Part shown: positions 41,309 through 51,004 of the stretch, in pieces | Numbering within the stretch: position 1 is the first letter of the stretch | Layout: the number at the start of each line of letters is the position of its first letter | NCBI GenBank assembly: GCA_016874845.1 | Contig: VGSZ01000004.1 | Span: forward strand, 1,980-65,979 | Length of the DNA stretch: 64,000 bases | Direction of reading: 5' to 3' | From: Deltaproteobacteria bacterium | Lineage (GTDB): Bacteria > Myxococcota > UBA727 > VGSZ01 | Made by a program: the position numbers and the translations under genes | Notes under the pieces: model-generated | The model's input: only the letters and a program-made list of their open reading frames with translations | Database searches by the model: none | What the model was told of the DNA's origin: nothing

Positions 41309-43864
41309 TTGATGAACCAAGCGAAGCCGCAAACCGCCGTGCCCCCGACCGACAACGCGCCGCGCACCAACGACACCGTCGTCGATGGTAACGAGGCCGA
41401 CGCGCGCTCGATCCGCCAGTCGATCCTGCGCCACCTGCAGTGCACGCTGGGCGAGCTGCCGCGCCACGTCGACTCGAGCTGGGAGCCCTACGTCAGCCTC
41501 GCCCTCGCCGTGCGCGACCGCATGATCGCCAATTGGATCCGCACGCAGGAGACCTACTACGAGCGCGACGCCAAGCGCGTCTACTACCTCAGCCTCGAGT
41601 TCCTGATGGGCCGCACGCTCGGCAACGCGATGCTGAACGTCGGCATCACCGACGCCTGCGCGCAGGCGCTGCATGAGCTCGGCTACAGCCTCGAGGACCT
41701 GCGCAACGCCGAGTGGGACGCCGGCCTCGGCAACGGCGGCCTCGGGCGCCTTGCCGCCTGTTTCCTCGACTCGTTGGCGACGCTGCAGCTGCCCGCCTAC
41801 GGCTACGGCATCCGCTACGAGTACGGCATCTTCCACCAGCGCATCATCGACGGCGCGCAGGTCGAGGTGCCCGACACCTGGCTCGAGTACGGCAACCCGT
41901 GGGAGATCGCGCGGCTCAACGACCAGTTTACAGTGCACCTTTATGGACACGTCCACCTGGAGAAAATGGACGACGGAAACCTGAAGACCCACTGGATCAA
42001 CACCGAAGAGGTCGTGGGGATCCCCTACGACACGCCGGTGCCTGGCTACCAGAACGGCACGGTGAACACGCTGCGCTTGTGGCAGGCGCGCGCCGGCCGC
42101 GACTTCGACTTCCGCCACTTCAACGCCGGCGACTACCGCGCCGCTGTCGACGCGAAGATGCGCAGCGAGAACATCTCGAAGGTGCTCTACCCGAACGACA
42201 ACGTGCTTGAGGGCAAGGAACTCCGGCTCAAGCAGGAGTACTTCTTCGTCTCGGCGACGTTGCAAGATATCATTCGCCGCTACAAGAAGCAGTGGCGGAT
42301 GCACGACGAGCCGGCGGGGCTCCCGCTGTTCCAGCGGTTCACGGAGCGCGTGGCGGTGCAGCTGAACGATACGCACCCAGCCCTGGCGATCCCCGAGCTG
42401 ATGCGCATCCTCCTCGACGAGCATGGCCTGTCCTGGGACGAGGCGTGGCGGGTGACGACTGGGACGTTCGCCTACACGAACCACACGGTGATGCCCGAGG
42501 CGCTGGAGCGCTGGCCGGTGTGGATGGTGGGCAAGGTGCTGCCGCGGCACCTGCAGCTGATCTTCGAGATCAACCACCGCTTCCTGCAGACGGTGCGCGA
42601 GCGCCACCCGGGCGACGACGACCGCTGCCGGCGCCTGTCGATCGTCGAGGAGGGCGACGAGCAGCGCGTGCGCATGGCGAATCTGGCCATCGTCGGCAGC
42701 CACAGCGTCAACGGCGTCGCCGCGCTGCATACCGAGATCCTGAAGACCGACGTCTTCGCCGACTTCGTCGACCTATGGCCGCTGAAGTTCCACAACAAGA
42801 CCAACGGCGTGACCCAGCGCCGCTGGCTGCTGAAGGCGAACCCGGGGCTGTCGGGGCTCATCACCGAGGCGATCGGCGACGGCTGGATCACCGACCTGTA
42901 CCAGCTGAAGAACCTGGTGGCCTTCGTCGACGACGCCGCGTTCCAGGAGCGCTGGCGCGACGTCAAGCGCGCCAACAAGGAGCGCCTGATCACCGAGATC
43001 GTGCGGCAGTACCGTCGGCGCGGCGAGGCGCTGACCATCCCCGCCCACGCGCTGTTCGACTGCCAGGTGAAGCGCATCCACGAGTACAAGCGTCAGCTGT
43101 TGAACGCGCTGCACGCGATCACGCTGTACAACCGGATCAAGGAGCGACCGCGGGCCGCGTTCACGCCGCGGGTCATCCTGTTCTCGGGCAAGGCGGCGCC
43201 CGGCTACCACCAGGCCAAGCTGATCATCCGCTTGATCAACGCCATCGGCCGCGTCGTCAACCACGACCCTGACGTCGCTGACCGGCTGAAGGTCGTCTTC
43301 CTGTCCGACTACCGCGTGTCGCTGGCCGAGAAGATCTTCCCTGCCGCCGACCTGTCGGAGCAGATCTCGACGGCGGGCACCGAGGCGTCAGGCACCGGCA
43401 ATATGAAATTTGCGCTGAACGGCGCGTTGACCATTGGGACGATGGATGGCGCCAACGTCGAGCTCGCCGAAGAGATCGGGCGCGACCACATGTTTCTCTT
43501 CGGCCTTTCCGTCGACGATGTGAAAAGGCTGCGCCCCGAGTACAGCCCGCGGCTGTTCGTCGCCCAGAGCGAGGAGCTGCGGCGCGTGCTCGACCAGCTG
43601 CGCGACGGTGCGTTCTCACCGGAGGAGCCGGGTTTGTTCCGTCCGATCGTCGACAGCCTGCTGTCGCGCGACGAGTACCTGTTGCTCGCCGACTACGACG
43701 CCTACGTCGCTGCGCAGGAGTTCGTGTCGGCGGGTTACCGCGAGCCGGGGCCGTGGACGCGAAAGTCGATCTGGAACGTCGCCCACACCGGCAAGTTCTC
43801 CACCGACCGGACGATCGCCGAGTACGCGCGAGACATCTGGGGGCTGCACCCCGTTCGTCCCTGA
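41309..43864 (+). CDS. glgP: Glycogen/maltodextrin phosphorylase
   Basis: PLP site EASGTGNMKFALNGALTIGTMDGANVE. 851 aa, full-length phosphorylase architecture. GGAG RBS 7 nt upstream. Confidence 0.95.
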   Translation: MMNQAKPQTAVPPTDNAPRTNDTVVDGNEADARSIRQSILRHLQCTLGELPRHVDSSWEPYVSLALAVRDRMIANWIRTQETYYERDAKRVYYLSLEFLMGRTLGNAMLNVGITDACAQALHELGYSLEDLRNAEWDAGLGNGGLGRLAACFLDSLATLQLPAYGYGIRYEYGIFHQRIIDGAQVEVPDTWLEYGNPWEIARLNDQFTVHLYGHVHLEKMDDGNLKTHWINTEEVVGIPYDTPVPGYQNGTVNTLRLWQARAGRDFDFRHFNAGDYRAAVDAKMRSENISKVLYPNDNVLEGKELRLKQEYFFVSATLQDIIRRYKKQWRMHDEPAGLPLFQRFTERVAVQLNDTHPALAIPELMRILLDEHGLSWDEAWRVTTGTFAYTNHTVMPEALERWPVWMVGKVLPRHLQLIFEINHRFLQTVRERHPGDDDRCRRLSIVEEGDEQRVRMANLAIVGSHSVNGVAALHTEILKTDVFADFVDLWPLKFHNKTNGVTQRRWLLKANPGLSGLITEAIGDGWITDLYQLKNLVAFVDDAAFQERWRDVKRANKERLITEIVRQYRRRGEALTIPAHALFDCQVKRIHEYKRQLLNALHAITLYNRIKERPRAAFTPRVILFSGKAAPGYHQAKLIIRLINAIGRVVNHDPDVADRLKVVFLSDYRVSLAEKIFPAADLSEQISTAGTEASGTGNMKFALNGALTIGTMDGANVELAEEIGRDHMFLFGLSVDDVKRLRPEYSPRLFVAQSEELRRVLDQLRDGAFSPEEPGLFRPIVDSLLSRDEYLLLADYDAYVAAQEFVSAGYREPGPWTRKSIWNVAHTGKFSTDRTIAEYARDIWGLHPVRP

Positions 43865-44007
43865 CGTCGGTCGTTCGTCCGAGGCGGCTTCGTCCCCGAC
43901 ATCGTCGTCGTGGGGACGTCGCGTCGCCCTGGCTCGGGTGGCGCCGGATCACGCAATCGGTCGCGCCCGCGGGCGATAACCGACCCGCTCAAGCACGGAG
44001 TCCGCCG

Positions 44008-44634
44008 ATGACCACCGTCACCCGCACCCCCTCCACCGCCGCTCCCCGCAGCGCCTGCGCCCCCGAATCCCCTGCGACGCCGCCGTCCCCTGCGACGTCG
44101 ACGCCCGAGGTGCTGCGCCAGCCCGACGTCGCCGAGCGGGCCGCGCTGCAGCGCTCGCTGGGCAGCGATGCGCGCGCGGGCAAGCCCGAGGTGCCGGCGG
44201 GCGGCGCGCTCAACTACGACGCGCTGCTCGGCGATCCGCCGGGCCAGACGCCGCACTGCGGCGCGTGCGAGGTCGGCCCGGCGCTGCCGCCGGAGCAGCT
44301 GGCGATGCTGAAGAAGCAGCAGGAGGCGCTGCTCGACGCCGGCATCGCGCTGTACGTGATGCAGAACGGCCAGAGCCTCGACGACGTCGCCAAGCAGTTC
44401 GACACCGACATCGCCGAGCTGCGCAAGCTGAACCCGGGGCTGGCCGATCAGGTGCAGGGCGAGATCGGCGCATCGATGAAGCGGCTGCTCGCCGTGCCCG
44501 TCGGCGACTCCGATGTGCGCGCCACCGCCGGCCCCGTCGTCGAGAGCGGCCCCGAAGCGTACAAGCTGGCGTCGCCGTCTTTGGCGCAGGTGCGCGGCGG
44601 TCAGGGCGTTATCCAGCGCGGCAGGCGATGCTGA
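44008..44634 (+). CDS. LysM domain protein (N-terminal part of a likely frameshifted LysM / PG-binding / CHAP gene)
   Basis: LysM motif YVMQNGQSLDDVAKQFDTDIAELRKLNPGL. The frame ends at 44634, inside what looks like the first half of a PG_binding_1 domain. Confidence 0.6.
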   Translation: MTTVTRTPSTAAPRSACAPESPATPPSPATSTPEVLRQPDVAERAALQRSLGSDARAGKPEVPAGGALNYDALLGDPPGQTPHCGACEVGPALPPEQLAMLKKQQEALLDAGIALYVMQNGQSLDDVAKQFDTDIAELRKLNPGLADQVQGEIGASMKRLLAVPVGDSDVRATAGPVVESGPEAYKLASPSLAQVRGGQGVIQRGRRC

Positions 44635-45263
44635 ACGCGCAGGGCGCGCAGCCGCCGCTGGCCGCCGACGGCAAGTTCGGGCCGAAGACCGAGGCGGCGC
44701 TCAAGGCGTTCCAGCAGGCCAACGGCATCCAGCAGACCGGCGTGCTCGGCCGTCAGACCCTCGGCCGCTTCGACGACAACCCGCGCCCGATTGCCGCCGG
44801 CCCCGCCGACGCGGCGTCGCCGTCGACGGGGGCGCAGCGGGTCGACGCGCAGGGGCTCACGGGCTCGGCGCTCGGCAACAAGTTTGGCGACGCCGCCGAG
44901 CGCTCGGCGCGCCAGCTGAACAGCGTCGGCCGCTGCGCGCTGGGCGTGAACAACGCGCTCGAGGCCGTCGGCGTCGGTGGTCGCGGCCACGCGTACCAGA
45001 AGGCGGAGATGCTGGCCCGCGACGCGCACTTCCGCGAGGTCAACCTGTCGGCCAGCGACCTGCCGAACCTGCCCCGCGGCGCGGTGATCGTGTGGGGGCG
45101 CTCGGCGGCCAAGCCCTACGGCCACGTCGCTGTCGCGCTGGGCGACGGGCGCGAGGCGAGCGACCACATCCAGCGGCAGGTCACGGGCGGCCGCTACGGC
45201 ACCGACTTCGGCAACGGGCCCGATCCGCAGGGGCGGCAGTTCCGCGTGTTCTTGCCCGCCTGA
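44624..45263 (+). CDS. Peptidoglycan-binding + CHAP-like amidase domain protein (C-terminal part of a likely frameshifted gene)
   Basis: PG_binding_1 core LAADGKFGPKTEAALKAFQQANGIQQTGVLGRQT. CHAP-like Cys/His (GRCALGVNNAL ... GAVIVWGR..YGHVAVALGDG). Begins in a different frame 11 nt before the LysM frame stops. Confidence 0.6.
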
Positions 45264-45297
45264 CGACGTCGCTTCGCACGTCACGAGCGTCCGCTCG

Positions 45298-45325
45298 GGG
45301 GGCGGCGCGAGCCGCCCTTCGTTGT
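45298..45325 (+). terminator. Rho-independent terminator candidate
   Basis: gggcggc gcga gccgccc hairpin followed by ttcgttgtcc, downstream of the 45263 stop. Confidence 0.55.
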
Positions 45326-45384
45326 CCTCGCGGGTGTCCGTGTCGACGCGCGTGAGGTGACAGCGCGGCGACGGATGGGCGAGT

Positions 45385-46245
45385 GTGGCCGCCATGCAAG
45401 GTCCAGAGCCTCTCGGCTACGCCCACGTCCACGCCGCCGCCGCCGCCGTCGCTGACCGCCTTCGCACGTCGCTGCCCGCCGCCCCCGTCGGCGTCGTGCT
45501 GGGCTCGGGCCTGGGCGCGGTGGCCGACCACGTGCTCGCGCAGGGCGGCCGCGCCGTCGACTACGGCGCCATCCCGCACTTCCCGGTGTCGTCGGTGGAG
45601 GGCCACAAGGGACGCCTCGTGCTCGGCACGGTCGACGACGTCCCGGTGCTGTTGATGCAGGGGCGCGTGCACCGCTACGAGGGCTATTCGGCGTCTTCGG
45701 TGGTGTTCCCGGTGCGGGTGCTGCACGCGCTGGGGGTGCGGCGGCTCATCGTCACCAACGCCGCCGGCGGCCTCGGCGAGGGCTTCGCCGCTGGCGACCT
45801 GATGCTCATCGAGGACCACCTGAACCTCACCGGCGACAACCCGCTGTGTGGAAAGAACGACGCGCGCTTCGGCGCGCGCTTCCCCGACATGAGCGACGCC
45901 TACACCGCGCGCCTGCGCCAGGTGGCCTTCGACGTCGCCGCGGCGCAGGGCTTGGCGCTGCAGCGGGGCGTCTACGCCGGCTTGCTCGGGCCGTCGTATG
46001 AGACGCCCGCCGAGATTCGCATGCTGCGCACGCTGGGCGCCCACGCCGTGGGGATGTCGACGGTGCACGAGGTGATCGCCGCCAGCCACCTGGGCGTCGA
46101 GGTGCTCGGGCTGTCGTGCATCACGAACCTCGCCGCCGGCATCAGCCCGGTGAAGCTGTGCCACGACGAGGTCAAGGAGACCGCGACCCGCGTCGAGCAG
46201 GCGTTCTCGCGGCTGGTGCTCGGGCTTTTGCCGCGTCTGGCCTGA
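45385..46245 (+). CDS. Purine nucleoside phosphorylase (PNP/MTAP family, trimeric type)
   Basis: VVLGSGLG phosphate-binding motif. GVYAGLLGPSYETPAEIRMLRTLGAHAVGMSTVHE. The real start is possibly the ATG at 45394. Confidence 0.85.
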   Translation: MAAMQGPEPLGYAHVHAAAAAVADRLRTSLPAAPVGVVLGSGLGAVADHVLAQGGRAVDYGAIPHFPVSSVEGHKGRLVLGTVDDVPVLLMQGRVHRYEGYSASSVVFPVRVLHALGVRRLIVTNAAGGLGEGFAAGDLMLIEDHLNLTGDNPLCGKNDARFGARFPDMSDAYTARLRQVAFDVAAAQGLALQRGVYAGLLGPSYETPAEIRMLRTLGAHAVGMSTVHEVIAASHLGVEVLGLSCITNLAAGISPVKLCHDEVKETATRVEQAFSRLVLGLLPRLA

Positions 46246-46338
46246 CAAGCGCGTCCCGTGGGTGGACGCAGGACCTACCGGAAGATCATCCGAGCGGCGG
46301 ACCGGAACGGCAGCCGGCGTCGTGCGATAATCGACCGC

Positions 46339-48510
46339 ATGTCGACTCCCGGTCGCTCCGCTCGTCTCCTGCTCCTGCTCGGCGTCGCCACCGGCGCTGC
46401 CTTCGGCGCCGCCTGCGACGAAGAGGTCACCGTCGTCCCCGGCGACATCGAGGGCGAGGTCTGCCACCCCGACACCGGCGTGCCGCTGCCCGGCGTGGCC
46501 GTCGAGGCCCGCAGCAAGGCGACGACGAAGCGCGTCGCCGCCGACGCCGTGGGCCGTTACCGGATCAAGAACCTCCCGCCGGGCGACTACGCCGTCGTGG
46601 CGCTGCTCGACGGCGGGCGCGAGCACCGCGTCGGCGAGCCCACGCACACCGTGCCCGGCGGCGACGTGCCGACGACGGTGCTCGACACGGCGTGCAGCAT
46701 CCCGCCGCCGGGGCCCGACACCGGCACCCTCGTCGGGCAGGTCTGCGACCGGCACACCGGCGGCCTGGTCGCCGACGCGACGGTCACGGCGCTGCTGCAG
46801 AACAACGCCGAGCTGGACGGCGGCCGCACCGACGCCCTCGGGAACTTCACGGTGCAGAACGTGCCGGTGGGCCAGCACGTCGTCGTCCTGCGCGCGCCCG
46901 GCTACCAGCGCGCGTTCCCCTTCGCCATCGAGACAAAGGGCGCGACCTTCACCCTCGACATCGCCGACAACTGCGAGCCGCCGTCGTCGACGTCGGGGTC
47001 CATCGCCGGCTCCTTCTGCGATCCCGCCACCGACGGCCCGCTGGCCGGCGCCGACGTCACCGTGCGTCGCCTCGACCCGCCGTCCTCGCCCGACGATGAC
47101 GTGCACGACCTGACCGACACCGAGGGCGAGTTCTTCGTCGGGGGCCTGCTGGCGGGCAGCTACCGCGTCGACGTCGAAAAGGACGGCGTCTCGCCGGTCA
47201 CCGAGCAGGTGCTCGTCGTGTCGGGTGAGACAGCGACGGTGGTGGGTCCCGACGAGTGCGCCGACCGCACGCCGGTGGGGCGGATCGCCGGCCAGATCTG
47301 TGACATCGACGCCGGCGGGCGCTTCGTGGGCTCCGTCGAGCTGCTGCAGGGCGGCTCGCGTCTGCAGGTGACGACGTCCGACGCCAGCGGCAGCTTCGCC
47401 TTCAACGCCATCGCGCCGGGCACCTACGACCTGCGCGCGTTCCGCGACGGCTACAGCCGCGACTTCCGCGCCATCGTCGTCGAGCCGTTCCAGACCGCGT
47501 TCATCCAGGAGAGCAGCTGCCCCGAGCCCGCCGACCGCTGCGAGGAGTTCACGCACCGCCCCGACGTCGTCAGCGACGGACGCATCCTGTTCGTCGTCGA
47601 CCGCTCAGGCTCGATGGACATCCAGGCGACGGGCTTCGCCGGTCAGACCAAGATGGCGGCGCTGCGCACCGCGGTGTCCCAGGTGACGACGTCGCTGGCG
47701 TCGTCGGTGAGCTTCGGGCTGTTCGCCTACCCGGACCCGGGCAACGACGGTCAGCAGATCAACTGCGCCGCCGGCACGCAGCTGCAGGCGGTGGGGGCGA
47801 GCGCGAGCGCCATCAACGGCTCGCTCGGCAACCTGAACCCGCGCGGCGGCACGCCGACGGCGCAGTCGGTGCTCGTGGCGCGGGCGGTGTTGCCGGCGCT
47901 GGTGGCCGACGGCCGGCCCATCGCCGTCGTGCTGGCCACCGATGGCGCGCCCAACTGCGCGTCGACGGACACCACCAAGGTGCGCTGCCAGTGCACCAGT
48001 CGCGCGAACGGCGAGACCAACGAGTCATGCTCGCGGTTCAACTGCCTGGACGACGTGAACAGCGCCAACGCGGTGGCCCAGATCGCGGCGCTCGGCGTGC
48101 AGACCCACGTCGTCGGCATCCGCGGCACCGACGAGAACACCTTCGACAGCAACAACGACGGCGTGTCGGACTTCACCGAGGCGCTCAACGCGATGGCCAT
48201 CGCCGGGCAGGCGCCCCTGCCGGGCACCGTGAAGTTCCACGAGGCGACGAGCCCGCAGGCGCTGGCGTCGGCGCTCGACGCGATCACGCGCCGCATCCTC
48301 GCGTGCAAGGTCACCGTCGACACGAACCTGAACACCGCGTCGTCGGTGACGGTGGCGCTCGGTGACGACGTGCTCGCGCAGGACATCACCCGGCGCGACG
48401 GCTGGGACATCACCGGGCCCAACACCGTCGAGCTGTTCGGCGCCGCCTGCGACGCGGCGACGGCCTCGCAGGACACCGTCGCCGTCACCCGTTGCGAGCC
48501 GGGCGGCTGA
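46339..48510 (+). CDS. Lipoprotein with repeated CarboxypepD_reg-like domains and a C-terminal von Willebrand factor A domain
   Basis: Lipobox LLLLGVATGAAFGAAC. Four repeats of (G/C)xxCDxxTGxPLxGAxV. MIDAS motif ILFVVDRSGSMD. Start ATG 46339. Confidence 0.8.
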   Translation: MSTPGRSARLLLLLGVATGAAFGAACDEEVTVVPGDIEGEVCHPDTGVPLPGVAVEARSKATTKRVAADAVGRYRIKNLPPGDYAVVALLDGGREHRVGEPTHTVPGGDVPTTVLDTACSIPPPGPDTGTLVGQVCDRHTGGLVADATVTALLQNNAELDGGRTDALGNFTVQNVPVGQHVVVLRAPGYQRAFPFAIETKGATFTLDIADNCEPPSSTSGSIAGSFCDPATDGPLAGADVTVRRLDPPSSPDDDVHDLTDTEGEFFVGGLLAGSYRVDVEKDGVSPVTEQVLVVSGETATVVGPDECADRTPVGRIAGQICDIDAGGRFVGSVELLQGGSRLQVTTSDASGSFAFNAIAPGTYDLRAFRDGYSRDFRAIVVEPFQTAFIQESSCPEPADRCEEFTHRPDVVSDGRILFVVDRSGSMDIQATGFAGQTKMAALRTAVSQVTTSLASSVSFGLFAYPDPGNDGQQINCAAGTQLQAVGASASAINGSLGNLNPRGGTPTAQSVLVARAVLPALVADGRPIAVVLATDGAPNCASTDTTKVRCQCTSRANGETNESCSRFNCLDDVNSANAVAQIAALGVQTHVVGIRGTDENTFDSNNDGVSDFTEALNAMAIAGQAPLPGTVKFHEATSPQALASALDAITRRILACKVTVDTNLNTASSVTVALGDDVLAQDITRRDGWDITGPNTVELFGAACDAATASQDTVAVTRCEPGG

Positions 48511-49280
48511 TGCGCCACCGTCGCTCCATGACGTCTTTGCTGCGCGCCTTCGTCCCCACCGTCGTCGTCTCGGTCGCATCCGTCGGAGTCGGCGTCGGCA
48601 GTGGCTGCGGGCCGCAGTCGCAGGTCGGACGCCCGTGCGAGACGGCGGGCGAGGAGCTGTGCGAGGGCGTGGCACGCCTGCGCTGCGACGGTGCGCGCTA
48701 CGCGCTGCTGGCGCCCTGCCACCACGAGTGCGTCGAGGGCGAGGGCGTGCGCCACGAGCAGGGCGAGCTCACGGCCGACGAGACGTGGACTTGCGAAGAG
48801 GGGCCGCACGTCGTCAACGGCCAGGTCATCGTCGCCGCCGGCGCCATCCTGACCATCGACGCCGGGGCGCTGCTGCGGCTGACGCCGTCGTCGACGCTGG
48901 ACGTCGATCCCGAGGGCCGTCTGGTCATCGACGCGACGGCGGGGGGACCGGTGCTCGTCACGTCGGACAACGGCCAGCAGGCGGGCTTCGCGTCGTCGCG
49001 CAGCGGCGGCATCAACGTCTTCGCCGTGGGCAGCGGCGTCGAGCCCTCGCTGCTGCGGCACGTGATCGTCGAGCGCGGCCACAACGGCATCGGCGTGTTC
49101 GGCCTGTCGGCGTCGTCGACGCCGCCGGTGCTCGACAACTGCACGCTGCGCGAGAACCAGGGCCTCGGGATCCTGATCGGGTGCGACGAGCCCGACGCCC
49201 CCGTCCCCGACTTCGCCGCCGCGGGGAACCTGTTCTTCAACAACGGCGGCGGCGACGTCGGCAGCTGCCAGACCGAGTGA
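48510..49280 (+). CDS. Lipoprotein with right-handed parallel beta-helix repeats
   Basis: ATG overlaps the upstream TGA (ATGA coupling). SVGVGVGSGC lipobox-like. Repeated IxVxxG / NxxxG beta-helix rungs. Confidence 0.7.
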   Translation: MRHRRSMTSLLRAFVPTVVVSVASVGVGVGSGCGPQSQVGRPCETAGEELCEGVARLRCDGARYALLAPCHHECVEGEGVRHEQGELTADETWTCEEGPHVVNGQVIVAAGAILTIDAGALLRLTPSSTLDVDPEGRLVIDATAGGPVLVTSDNGQQAGFASSRSGGINVFAVGSGVEPSLLRHVIVERGHNGIGVFGLSASSTPPVLDNCTLRENQGLGILIGCDEPDAPVPDFAAAGNLFFNNGGGDVGSCQTE

Positions 49281-49329
49281 CGGCGGCGCTGCGCTCGCGC
49301 GGCGGACGTCGTCGTCGCGCGGCTGACGC

Positions 49330-49440
49330 CTTCGCCTGTGCGTCTTCAGCGCGTCCTCAGCGCGTCCTCAGCGCGTCCTCCGCGCGTCTTCCGCGCGTCT
49401 TCCGCGCGTCCTCCGCGCGCCTTCAGGGCGTCTTCAGGGG
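49330..49440. repeat. 12-bp tandem repeat (about 9 copies, cgcgtcctcagc / cgcgtcttccgc) at the 3' end of the DHHW gene
   Basis: Direct read. On the minus strand it encodes a repeated RAEDA(L/R)K tail ending the DHHW protein. Confidence 0.8.
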
Positions 49441-51004
49441 CGGGTGATGCGGACGGCGCGGGCGGGGCGAGGGTTGCGGTCCCGGCGTCGACGACGCTGT
49501 CGGCGGCCGTGGTCGTCGTCAGCGGCGCCGTGGTCGTCGTTGGCGGCGCGGACCCGGGCCGCGCCGGCTCCCACGCCGCGCCCCGGCCGTGAAGCACCTC
49601 CTTCAGCCGGCGCGCGTGGGGGCGCGAGTTCGCGGTCACCGTGGCGTTCACCACCAGCACGTCCGTGATCCGGTGCTTGTCGACCAGCGCGCGGGCGCTG
49701 CCGGCGAAGTAGCGGTAGTCGACGACGACGACGACGTCGAAGTGGTGCAGCAGCCACGGCGCCAGCGCGTTGCCATAGCTGTTCTTCACCAGCAGCGCGC
49801 GTCGACCCGTACGGTGCTCCGTCGTCGCGACGAGCAGCGGGTCATCACCACCCAGAAAGACCGCGTAGCCGCGCTCGCGCTCGAACAGGAACCTCGCCAC
49901 ATCCGGCGGCTCCGTCAGCGAGCGCCAGCGTTGCGCGCGGTAGGCCGCCGACGGCAGCCAGTACTCCGTCGGCTCGGGGTGACGCGCCAGCGCCTGCGAC
50001 TGCGTCGCGCGGTACAGCGAGCCCAGCGTCGGCGGACGCGCGCGGCGCTCCAACGACTCACGCGTCACGGGCACGAGGCCCGCCTGCGTCGCCCACGCCG
50101 CGTAGGCGTAGAAGGCGCCGAGTCCCGTCCAGTGGTGGTCGGTGCGAAAGAAGATCTGCTCGTCGACGTGGGGCGAGAGCGCCGCCTCGACGTCGACGAA
50201 CCGCACCCGCGGCGACAGCGCCCGCCGCAGCGCCGCCAGGTTCTCGCGCTCGGGCAGCGAGCGGTCGCGCTGGTCGTCGGGCAGGTAGTAGTGCGTCGCC
50301 GTCGGCGTCACGAGCAGGTCCAGCGTCACCGTCGTCGGCAGCGCGGCGGCCCATGCGTTCACGGCGTCGGCGAAGGCGCGCGCGGTGTCGTCGTCGCCCC
50401 CGAAGTAGAGCAGCGCCCGAGTGTCGACGACGCCGACGCCGCCGGCGTAGGTCCGCTGCGTCGTCGGCGCGCCCGCGTCGACCACCGCCCCGGTCACGCC
50501 GGCGTCGACGACGGGGAGCGCCGGGCCCGCGTCGTCGGCGCCGCCCTTGATGACGCCCGCATCGACCGTGTGGGCCCGGGGCGCGGCGTCGGACAGGCCG
50601 AAGTCGCCCAGGGCCTGCGCCGGGTAGCGCTCGTCGGCGACGCCGAAGCCGCGGGCGCCCTTCGCGACGGCGGCGACGTCGAGCAGGGCGTCGCGACCCG
50701 GGAAGTGGTCGGCCACCCAGTCGTCGATGGCGCGGGTGAAGCGGCCGCCGCGCACGGCGTCCCATGACCACGCCGGCCACACCGCGCGCGCGCGGTTCTC
50801 GCGGACATCGACGTCGTCGCCGCGCGCGTCTTCGTCGAGGTCGACGACGCGCGCGGCGACGAAGAGCATCCCGAGCAGCACCAGCACCGCGGGCACCGCG
50901 AGGGCAGCGCCCAGCGGCACCTGATCGTCGACGGCGCGAGTGCCGCGCGCCGCGCGGGCGCCGCGCGGCGCGGCGGGGGACGAAGGCGGGGGCGACGTCG
51001 TCAT
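49346..51004 (-). CDS. DHHW-family protein (AlgX/AlgJ/DltD-like partner of MBOAT acyltransferases) with a repetitive C-terminal tail
   Basis: FFRTDHHWTGLGAFYAYAAW motif. N-terminal TM anchor. Start ATG at 51004 overlaps the MBOAT stop (TGATG). The first ~440 aa of the listed 955-aa ORF are out-of-frame junk. Confidence 0.8.
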   Translation of the reverse strand: MTTSPPPSSPAAPRGARAARGTRAVDDQVPLGAALAVPAVLVLLGMLFVAARVVDLDEDARGDDVDVRENRARAVWPAWSWDAVRGGRFTRAIDDWVADHFPGRDALLDVAAVAKGARGFGVADERYPAQALGDFGLSDAAPRAHTVDAGVIKGGADDAGPALPVVDAGVTGAVVDAGAPTTQRTYAGGVGVVDTRALLYFGGDDDTARAFADAVNAWAAALPTTVTLDLLVTPTATHYYLPDDQRDRSLPERENLAALRRALSPRVRFVDVEAALSPHVDEQIFFRTDHHWTGLGAFYAYAAWATQAGLVPVTRESLERRARPPTLGSLYRATQSQALARHPEPTEYWLPSAAYRAQRWRSLTEPPDVARFLFERERGYAVFLGGDDPLLVATTEHRTGRRALLVKNSYGNALAPWLLHHFDVVVVVDYRYFAGSARALVDKHRITDVLVVNATVTANSRPHARRLKEVLHGRGAAWEPARPGSAPPTTTTAPLTTTTAADSVVDAGTATLAPPAPSASPAPEDALKARGGRAEDARKTRGGRAEDALRTR

